The notes under the pieces were generated by a model. That model was not told where the DNA came from, ran no database searches, and saw only the letters and a program-made list of their open reading frames with translations. The position numbers and the translations under genes are program-made. Shown here piece by piece: positions 56,959 to 64,000 of a stretch of DNA of 64,000 nucleotides; within the stretch, counting starts at the first letter, position 1; the number at the start of each line of letters is the position of its first letter. The stretch is from Candidatus Bathyarchaeia archaeon (GTDB taxonomy: Archaea; Thermoproteota; Bathyarchaeia; Bathyarchaeales; Bathycorpusculaceae): NCBI GenBank assembly GCA_038727135.1, contig JAVYWL010000001.1, positions 352,001-416,000 on the forward strand. Direction: 5' to 3'.

Positions 56959-57633
56959 ATGATAGGCGAAACCAAAGAAAACCAACAGATACCTGTCAGC
57001 GAGGCTTTACTGGCGGTAATTGCAAGTCTTTTACTATCGCTTTTTTTGGCGGGGTTTATCGCCGGTTTAAATTATGGCCTCGCGATGGTTGTTGCAGAAT
57101 TGCTTCTTGCTGTTGTTCCGTTCGGATATATGCTTTCAAAGAAAATAGACGTAAAAAAATACGTTAGGTTTGAGCTTAACCCACGAAACATTTTATTGGG
57201 AGTAGCCGTCGGCTCTCTTCTTGTCTATTTTGATTTTCTCATAGTAGTCGCGTTGACGTCTCTATTTGGTCCGAGTAAAGCTGTTGAAGAAAGCAACAAA
57301 AGATTAGCTGAAATGACCCACTCTGTTGATGGGTTAATTTTTGTTGCCGCCACTCTAATTTCAGCGGGAATCTGTGAAGAATTCGCTTTCAGGGGCTTTC
57401 TGCAAACCGCTATGAGCAGCAAGTACCCATCGTGGATGGCTTTAATTGCATCCGCCTTTGCTTTTGGACTTCTTCTCCACTTTGACCCACAAGGAGTTTA
57501 CATAATCGCCGCATTTCTAATAGGGCTTATTTTGGGTCTTGCCTATCACCTGTCACGTTCCTATACCGTTTGTGCAACCGCCCACGCAACACTAAACCTT
57601 ATAATTTTAGTATTAACACTTCTCCAACGATAA
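56959..57633 (+). CDS. CPBP/CAAX (Abi) intramembrane metalloprotease
   Basis: EEFAFRG, FGLLLH, AHATLN; multiple TMs. Confidence 0.88.
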   Translation: MIGETKENQQIPVSEALLAVIASLLLSLFLAGFIAGLNYGLAMVVAELLLAVVPFGYMLSKKIDVKKYVRFELNPRNILLGVAVGSLLVYFDFLIVVALTSLFGPSKAVEESNKRLAEMTHSVDGLIFVAATLISAGICEEFAFRGFLQTAMSSKYPSWMALIASAFAFGLLLHFDPQGVYIIAAFLIGLILGLAYHLSRSYTVCATAHATLNLIILVLTLLQR

Positions 57634-57636
57634 ATT

Positions 57637-58500
57637 TCAACCACCTATTTTTGTAATCTCAAGGCTTACATCCAACGCTTTCGGACTGTCAGTTATTTCG
57701 CCAAGACTTACAATGTCCACTCCCGTTGACGCGTACTCAACAATGTTTTCAGCCGTTATTCCTCCGCTTGCCTCCAACAAAACTTTTCCTAAAAAGCCAG
57801 CCTTTTCCAGCCTTTCAACAGCCTTTTTTATTTGATTTTGCGAAAAATTATCCAGCATTATTATGTCCGCTCCGGCTTCCGCAGCTGCCAAAGCCTCCTT
57901 AACGTTTGATACTTCAACTTCGACCTTTTTGCTGAAAGAGGCTCTTTCCTTAGCGGTTTTAACAGCTTTTTCAACGCTTCCGGCTATTTTGATGTGATTG
58001 TCCTTTATCAGAATCATATCGTCCAAGTGAAGCCTATGGGTGTCGCCTCCGCCCACGGAGACCGCTTTTTTATCAAAGTACAGCAGTCCGGGCGCTGTTT
58101 TCCGCGTACATGCAATTATGGTTTTGTGCCCAGCCTTTCTGACTCTTTCAACGAGTTTCCGTGTGGTTGTGGCTATGCCGCTCATTCTTGAAATAATGTT
58201 TAGCAGTGTCCGCTCAACAGCCAATATTGTTCTGGCATCGCCGCAAATTTTCATAAGCACCTGTTTTGGCTTTATCTCTTCTCCGTCCTTAACTATAGCT
58301 TCAAATTTCAAGCCGAGGCTTTCTAGAAGGACCCCCGCCTCTTCGATTCCGGCAACTACGCCGCTTTCTTTCACGATTACCTCCGCCTCGGCGTTGCATT
58401 TTTCTGGCACTATTAGGGTTGAAGTTATGTCTCCTTGTCCAATATCTTCAGCTAATATTTGCCTAAGTTTTTCCTCCAAAATCTTTCTAGGCAAGAACAT
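57637..58500 (-). CDS. nadC: Nicotinate-nucleotide pyrophosphorylase (QAPRTase)
   Basis: EDIGQGDITS, ERTLLN, TRKTAPG, HRLHL, IKDNH, EVEV, MLDN, EASGGI. Confidence 0.96.
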   Translation of the reverse strand: MFLPRKILEEKLRQILAEDIGQGDITSTLIVPEKCNAEAEVIVKESGVVAGIEEAGVLLESLGLKFEAIVKDGEEIKPKQVLMKICGDARTILAVERTLLNIISRMSGIATTTRKLVERVRKAGHKTIIACTRKTAPGLLYFDKKAVSVGGGDTHRLHLDDMILIKDNHIKIAGSVEKAVKTAKERASFSKKVEVEVSNVKEALAAAEAGADIIMLDNFSQNQIKKAVERLEKAGFLGKVLLEASGGITAENIVEYASTGVDIVSLGEITDSPKALDVSLEITKIGG

Positions 58501-58541
58501 GCTTTTAACCCTCTGAATGAGACTTAAAAAGCATTTACCTC

Positions 58542-59729
58542 TCAGCCTATTTCAACTTTGTCTGCCAAATCAATTATCATTTGGGTAGCTTTTTCTAACC
58601 CATTATATCTTAAAACTTCAGCTTGAACTTGCCCAACTTTTTCCACATTGTTTGCCGTAAGGGTTTGTTCGACAGTTTTTAGTAGCTTACTTAGGCTCAA
58701 ATTTTCTTGCTGAATCACTTTTGCAACGCCAATTTTCTTGGCTTGAGCCGCATTGTTTATCTGTTCTGTATGGTTCGGCGTAGGCACAAGAATCATTGGT
58801 TTTCCGTAGCATATGCATTGGGTTATTGTGCCGTGTCCAGCGCGGCTTATAACTAAGTCACAAGCCTTCAAGTATTCGAAACGATTTGGAATCCACTTGT
58901 AAATTGTTAAATTGCCATGGCGTATAGGCGTGGTGTCCGCGTTTGGATAACCCATTGACAAAACAGCTTCATAATCCTCTGGAAACTTCGTCAAAATTTT
59001 CCTTAGAATTCCGATGAAAAATGCCTTCTCTTTGATGCTGCCGCTGATGGGTGCAAAAATGACAGTCTTATTTTGGGGCAACTTTAGCCTTTTCCGGATA
59101 ACATTTTCATCCGGCAATTCTTCCGGGCGAACGGGCAAAATGGGTCCTATAAGGTGTACCTTTTTCCGGTAAGCTCTGGGAATGTTGAGGTTACCAGCAC
59201 AAACAGTGTAAGGTTGGGGAAAATCCGGTATTAGAACAGCGTTTCCGCTTGCCCATATCTTTCCAATTATGGCAAGGGTTATGGAATCTGCAAATCTCGC
59301 CAGTCTTAGGAAACGTTTTCTCCGCGGAATTATTGGTTGGAACTGGTTTAAGATGCAAATTCTCGGTTTTCTCAGAATTTTTGCCGCCAGCAGCGGAGAA
59401 ACGCGAGAATCTGATACGACAATGTCTGGGTCGAAATTTCCAATAGCGTGCAGTTCAGCGTCTATCTGCCTCATTAACGTGAAAGAGGCGAGAAATGGTC
59501 CCGGATTTATGGCTGTTTGCTTAAAATCTATTGTTCCGTCTGGTTTTACTTGGAAACCTATTGGCGGGGCTTTAAATAAAGGGAATTTTTCTTGTTGGAT
59601 GTAGGGTATTCCTTCACGGTATGTTGAAAATATTACTTGGGCATTTTGTTCCTGAAGTCTTTTGGCGATTGGTATGCATCTTCCAACATGTCCTAGTCCT
59701 ATGCCGCATGGGGCGAAGTAAACCCGCAT
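58542..59729 (-). CDS. GT28/MurG-like glycosyltransferase
   Basis: CGIGLGHVGR, ISRAGHGT, P..HTEQ..NA; start taken as ATG59729. Confidence 0.85.
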   Translation of the reverse strand: MRVYFAPCGIGLGHVGRCIPIAKRLQEQNAQVIFSTYREGIPYIQQEKFPLFKAPPIGFQVKPDGTIDFKQTAINPGPFLASFTLMRQIDAELHAIGNFDPDIVVSDSRVSPLLAAKILRKPRICILNQFQPIIPRRKRFLRLARFADSITLAIIGKIWASGNAVLIPDFPQPYTVCAGNLNIPRAYRKKVHLIGPILPVRPEELPDENVIRKRLKLPQNKTVIFAPISGSIKEKAFFIGILRKILTKFPEDYEAVLSMGYPNADTTPIRHGNLTIYKWIPNRFEYLKACDLVISRAGHGTITQCICYGKPMILVPTPNHTEQINNAAQAKKIGVAKVIQQENLSLSKLLKTVEQTLTANNVEKVGQVQAEVLRYNGLEKATQMIIDLADKVEIG

Positions 59730-59733
59730 GAGT

Positions 59734-60366
59734 CTATTTCCCGCCGAGGGTTTTCCGCCTGATTTCACCCCTTGGCTTTTCTTCCTCAAAAATTATGGCT
59801 TGAAACTTGTAGACTTTCGTGCCCTTCATAAGCCAACAGTCTGGAGGCAATCCAGCCTTCACGCAACATTGGCATAGGAATTCTTCCTCATCCCAGTTCC
59901 ATTCCACCGGTACTTGTGGCAAGAGAAGCCCTTTGTAAATTCCTCTTTCAATAATTAGCCCGTCTACACCGACTTTAATTTTGGATGGATACTCATTTGG
60001 CTTTTCAACCTCAACAAGTTGTGGCGGAGTTAATACGCTTACCTCGAAAACAACCTTGTCCAACTCGCTTATGGAGAGGGGATAAAATCTCGGGTCTTGG
60101 GTTGCAGAGCTTATGGCGGATTCTATAACCGCTTTGGCTAGAGGCGTTGTCGGATATGGAAGTCCTATACATCCCCGCAGTTCCTTTTCTCCATTTTCAA
60201 TGCTGTTTATTGTTACGAACACGCCGCATGGTTGCAGCAATTTTTCCGGCATGCCTTCTGGGACGCGTATACGCTTTTTTGTTTTTAGGTATTCTTCTAC
60301 GGCGTCGCGAGCAAGTTTGACGAGAATTTTGCCCTCTTCTAGGCTTAAATCGAAAGACAAGCGCAT
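59734..60366 (-). CDS. AMMECR1-family protein (TIGR00296-like)
   Basis: GVFVT, LRGCIG, DPRF, EVSVLT, GLLLPQV, KAGL. Confidence 0.92.
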   Translation of the reverse strand: MRLSFDLSLEEGKILVKLARDAVEEYLKTKKRIRVPEGMPEKLLQPCGVFVTINSIENGEKELRGCIGLPYPTTPLAKAVIESAISSATQDPRFYPLSISELDKVVFEVSVLTPPQLVEVEKPNEYPSKIKVGVDGLIIERGIYKGLLLPQVPVEWNWDEEEFLCQCCVKAGLPPDCWLMKGTKVYKFQAIIFEEEKPRGEIRRKTLGGK

Positions 60367-60396
60367 TTATCCCCGGTTTTAATGGCTATTTTTGTT

Positions 60397-61017
60397 TTAG
60401 AATTTTATTGATTCCTCGCGGGCTCCATCTTTTGTTATGAATAGGAAGTCTATGCCGTCGCCGCTCATTATGTCCCTGCTTATAGCGGATTTTATCGCTC
60501 TAACGACAAGTTCTCTGCCCTCCTCCATACTTAAGCCCTCCCTATAACTTTCCTCAAGAACCCCCATGGCGATTTCTGTACCTGAACCCACAACGGCAAA
60601 TTTGTCTGGTATAACTGAACCCAAAACGTCTAACACATAAAGGGAAGCACCCTCGTCGTCTAATCCTCCAACAATCGTTTGGGTTATTAGTGGTGCCAAC
60701 CTATTGGCAAAGAGCAAGTTTGACATGAGTTTGGCGGCTGACCTAACAGATATTGGTCTCCCAACATCCATGCTGTACAGGTTTGCATAAGCTTCAACTT
60801 CACGCACCAGAATTTGCATGTCTGAAACCAGCCCCGCACATGCCGCGCCAATATGGTCTGTTATTTTGAAGACTTTCTTCCCGCCTCTGCTCACAACTAA
60901 ATATCCATATGAAACCCTCTTTTCAGAGGCGAGGATGACGCCGTCTCTGCAAACTATGCCCACGGTTGTAGCGCCTGGAACCCATAGATATTGGGGCATT
61001 TGCCCTTCCCTTTCCAC
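60397..61017 (-). CDS. psmB: Proteasome beta subunit
   Basis: GATTVGIV..DGVILASEKR, KVFKI, GLVSD, GSG, RDIMSGDG; GTG61017 start with GGTGA SD. Confidence 0.92.
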   Translation of the reverse strand: MEREGQMPQYLWVPGATTVGIVCRDGVILASEKRVSYGYLVVSRGGKKVFKITDHIGAACAGLVSDMQILVREVEAYANLYSMDVGRPISVRSAAKLMSNLLFANRLAPLITQTIVGGLDDEGASLYVLDVLGSVIPDKFAVVGSGTEIAMGVLEESYREGLSMEEGRELVVRAIKSAISRDIMSGDGIDFLFITKDGAREESIKF

Positions 61018-61133
61018 GCTGCTTTCACCTTTCCACGTGATATGCGAGCACAACCTATTAAACTTAATGTCTCATAAGCTCTGCAAAGCTAAATAACCAC
61101 CAACACCATAACATCGCTGGGAAGGCATGGAGC

Positions 61134-61727
61134 ATGATAAACTTGTATTCGAAGCTTTATGACAATGTATGGTTTGGAGTGGCATACAATGACAAAAGCG
61201 TTTTCGCCACAGCTTTTTCGACAAATAGGGGACAGGTTCTCCGTAGTTTATTAGCAAGCATTCCATTTGATATCCCTTTTCAATACGCTGAAGAGGGAAC
61301 ATTCCTTGCCGAACAAGTACTTGCCAAATTAAGGGATATCTATAATGGCAAGGACGTGACTAACAAGTTTTCCCTAAACATGGAATCTTTGTCCGGTTAT
61401 ATGCAAAGGGTTTTGAAGGCTACTGCTAAGATTCCGGCGGGCTATGTGACTTCTTATGGAGCAATTGCGAAGGCTGTGGGTGGAAGCCCTAGGGCTGTTG
61501 GGCGGGCTATGGCTCTAAACCCATTTCCACTGCTCATTCCATGTCATAGAGTTGTTGCTTCAGACTTTTCTCTTGGCGGATACGGAGGAGGCTTGCAAGT
61601 CAAGCTGGAAATATTATGCCGCGAGAAAAGGGGATACAACAAAGAGGAGGAAATATCCATTGACGGAAAAAGGCTGAAAATTTTCCCCGTAGAGCTTGTC
61701 TTGGAAAGAGTTTCAAGGAAACCGTAA
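61134..61727 (+). CDS. ogt: Methylated-DNA--protein-cysteine methyltransferase
   Basis: SYGAIA, RAVGRAMALNP, IPCHRVV, GGYGGG. Confidence 0.92.
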   Translation: MINLYSKLYDNVWFGVAYNDKSVFATAFSTNRGQVLRSLLASIPFDIPFQYAEEGTFLAEQVLAKLRDIYNGKDVTNKFSLNMESLSGYMQRVLKATAKIPAGYVTSYGAIAKAVGGSPRAVGRAMALNPFPLLIPCHRVVASDFSLGGYGGGLQVKLEILCREKRGYNKEEEISIDGKRLKIFPVELVLERVSRKP

Positions 61728-61782
61728 AGTTTAAACATAAATATAAAAATCGAAAGGCTAATTTACTGAGAAGAGTGGTTTC

Positions 61783-62307
61783 ATGGTAAAGCGTGGTCTT
61801 TTTGTTGGAAGGTTTCAGCCCTTTCATAAGGGACACCTTAATGTTGTAAAAGATATTTTGAAGGAGGTTGACGAGCTGGTTATCGTTGTTGGCAGTGCAC
61901 AGTACAGCCACCGCATTGATAACCCCTTCACAACCGGCGAGAGGCTTGTCATGATTCGGAGGGCTTTGGAAGAGGCTGGAATAGATTTGGGTCGCATATG
62001 GATTGTACCTGTTCCCGATGTCCACATACATATGGTTTGGGTTTCAGCTGTTGAGGGCTATGCGCCACGCTTCGATGTTGTTTACTCCAACGAGCCTTTA
62101 ACACGGAGGCTTTTTGTGGAAGCTGGCTACGAGGTTAAGTCAATACGCTTCCATAGGCGCAAGGTCTACTCTGCGACTGAGATAAGAGAGAGGATGCTGA
62201 AAGACGGAAACTGGGAGGAACTCGTCCCAAAAAGTGTGGCTCAATTCATAAAAGAGATTGGTGGTGTCGAAAGGCTTAAAGACTTAACTAAGAGCGATAA
62301 AGTATAA
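61783..62307 (+). CDS. nadM: Nicotinamide-nucleotide adenylyltransferase (NadM)
   Basis: GRFQPFHKGH, GSAQYSH, NPFTTGER, SATEIR. Confidence 0.94.
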   Translation: MVKRGLFVGRFQPFHKGHLNVVKDILKEVDELVIVVGSAQYSHRIDNPFTTGERLVMIRRALEEAGIDLGRIWIVPVPDVHIHMVWVSAVEGYAPRFDVVYSNEPLTRRLFVEAGYEVKSIRFHRRKVYSATEIRERMLKDGNWEELVPKSVAQFIKEIGGVERLKDLTKSDKV

Positions 62308-63079
62308 CCTTGTCCCCAACCTTAACCTTAAACATTTCAGCGGCACTTCCCTGGTTTACCGATATCTCTAGAAAGTCGTGGCTGCCAATCAGTGCTAGCG
62401 GCTTTTTGGTTTCTACCTCGGCATAAGCCTTGCAGAGCCTCAGCTTACATGTGGTTTCTCCAATTTTTAGGTTCAAACTCTTCCTTATCCCAAGACATTC
62501 CAGCTCCTTCAACGTGAAGTTTGTAATAATGTTACCGAAACCGTCCACATAGATAATTTCGCCAACCAGCATTGAGCCTTTCCTAACAATTTTTGCAAAT
62601 CGTGGTTTCATAATTCCGCGGATTTCCGGTCCAAACTCTGAAGGCGGAACACCTTTTGATAGGTGGGCGGCTGCTGGAGCAAAAATGTCTCTTCCATGGA
62701 AAGTTGCTGAAACTTTGGGAAGCACGTATTTAGGATTAGCTATTTCGTAAACATGCTTTATGCCCTGTTTTTCGGCTGCCAAGGTTAAGATGCCGTTATC
62801 TGGTCCTATGAAAAAGCCGCTTTCCGTTTCTATCAGAATTGGTTTGCGTTTTGTCCCCACGCCTGGGTCTACGACGGCTACGTGTATTGTGCCTTTTGGG
62901 AAGTATGGTGCTGCGCTTGCCAAGACATATGCGCCCATTCTTATGTTGAACTTTTCTATTTGGTGGCTTATGTCAACTATCCGTACAGAGGGATTTATGC
63001 CTAAAATAACTGCCTTAATCTCCGCTACATAGGGGTCTGCAAGCCCAAAATCTGTCGTCAATGTTATGAGCGGAGTCAT
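62288..63079 (-). CDS. SAM hydrolase / SAM-dependent halogenase family (DUF62)
   Basis: LTTDFG, VVDPGVG, GPDNG, TFHGRDIF, DGFGNIITN, EISVNQG. Confidence 0.92.
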   Translation of the reverse strand: MTPLITLTTDFGLADPYVAEIKAVILGINPSVRIVDISHQIEKFNIRMGAYVLASAAPYFPKGTIHVAVVDPGVGTKRKPILIETESGFFIGPDNGILTLAAEKQGIKHVYEIANPKYVLPKVSATFHGRDIFAPAAAHLSKGVPPSEFGPEIRGIMKPRFAKIVRKGSMLVGEIIYVDGFGNIITNFTLKELECLGIRKSLNLKIGETTCKLRLCKAYAEVETKKPLALIGSHDFLEISVNQGSAAEMFKVKVGDKVILYRS

Positions 63080-63233
63080 TCTACTTAGAGTATTCAGTCT
63101 CGTTGGTTAAATTTTGTGATATTGTGCAATTTATTTATATGCAAGTTGTAGCCAGCATGTTTCGAAAGCTTGCCAGCCGTGAGGAGCGCATTTGCGAAAC
63201 TTTGGAAACCTGAAAAAGCGAAGATTAGCAACG

Positions 63234-63962
63234 ATGGACACACGAAGCTTAGCTTTAGTTATCAGCTTTTCAGCTTTATACGCGGTTTTCTGTGTATTTC
63301 CAATATTCCAAATTATTGGCTTGCCTAGCAAAGCCATAACGGCGGCGGCAATCATGGCGCCAGTTATCGGCATGATTCTCGGACCCTATCTTGGGGCATT
63401 CTCAACAATAATTGGTGGGTTAATTGGATTATTTACGGGGTTCTTCTCCCACATGAGCCTTGTTGCTGGAGCCGTCGCCTCCCTTTGCGCCGGCTTCCTG
63501 TACACTGGTAGGCGAGATTTGTGCGCCCTAACTTATTTCTCGCTTCTATTCCTTTTCGGCTTCTGCCCTTTTGTTGGACCGGTCTGGCTTTACCCATTAT
63601 TAATGTGGTTTCAGATTTTGGGTTTCATAGTTCTAATTTCCCCAGCGCAGTCCATGGCTTTAAGAAACATGAAACATGCGAGAAGCAACAATATGCGTAT
63701 TTTTGGCTTTTTCACAACATTTCTTGTCTCCACGTTAGCCGGGCAGATTGCCGGCTCGCTTATGTTTGAATTATCTTTCTGGCCATTATTTACGGCTGAC
63801 ATTAACGCCATAGGAGGGTACTGGCAAATTGTCACTTTTCTGTACCCCATTGAGAGGATCATTATAGCTTTAGTTACAACTTTCATAGGTGCTGGATTGC
63901 ACAAAGCCCTAAAACTAGGAAATGTTGGACAAAGCATTTTTAAGGCTCAGTTTTTGGCTTAA
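63234..63962 (+). CDS. Polytopic membrane protein, ECF S-component-like
   Basis: Multiple TMs; APVIGMILGPYLG pattern typical of S components; YPIER; start taken as ATG63234. Confidence 0.55.
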   Translation: MDTRSLALVISFSALYAVFCVFPIFQIIGLPSKAITAAAIMAPVIGMILGPYLGAFSTIIGGLIGLFTGFFSHMSLVAGAVASLCAGFLYTGRRDLCALTYFSLLFLFGFCPFVGPVWLYPLLMWFQILGFIVLISPAQSMALRNMKHARSNNMRIFGFFTTFLVSTLAGQIAGSLMFELSFWPLFTADINAIGGYWQIVTFLYPIERIIIALVTTFIGAGLHKALKLGNVGQSIFKAQFLA

Positions 63963-64000
63963 GACCGCTCATGAAAATGCACTGTTCTGGTGGTATAGCC

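Noticed and set aside
63940-64000. Possible C-terminus of a minus-strand gene entering from the right edge (..AIPPEQCIFMSGLKPKTEP*)
   Set aside because: Too short to support a call.
1-64000. CRISPR arrays, IS elements, integrases, rRNA
   Set aside because: I saw no regularly spaced direct repeats, transposase or recombinase motifs, or rRNA-like sequence.

Overview
Archaeal chromosomal window. Gene content (eS1, uS15, KEOPS, Hel308, proteasome beta, TFE-beta/RPC34-like, Ftr-like, HdrA-MvhD, NosD surface protein, ribophorin-I-like) best fits a TACK archaeon, most likely Bathyarchaeia; this assignment is inference. It is mostly dense housekeeping and metabolic sequence: acyl-CoA dehydrogenase/ETF, purMSLQ and purB, an Fe-S assembly operon, a NikMN transporter, an amine dehydrogenase-pxpABC-moaE operon, an hdrC::gltD-hdrA::mvhD-korDABC redox operon, and the kae1-bud32-rdgB-rps15-DHH-pcc1-serS-rps3ae cluster. 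There is one tRNA-Gly(CCC); I saw no CRISPR array, transposase or integrase. The most notable observations are: (1) an HdrB-less HdrA/MvhD operon in which HdrC is fused to an NAD(P)-binding GltD/NfnB module and linked to a 2-oxoacid:ferredoxin oxidoreductase; (2) an intact bacterial-type rsmH beside the tRNA; (3) a degenerate IscS paired with IscU and an intact SufS; (4) a ribophorin-I-like protein; (5) an amine dehydrogenase plus lactamase operon whose pxpB is frameshifted at a G7 run; (6) a sharp strand-skew inversion at the tRNA; (7) several candidate operators, a structured element before purM, an unannotated 40-aa membrane protein and a probable ACG start codon. All calls come from reading motifs by eye; no database searches were run.
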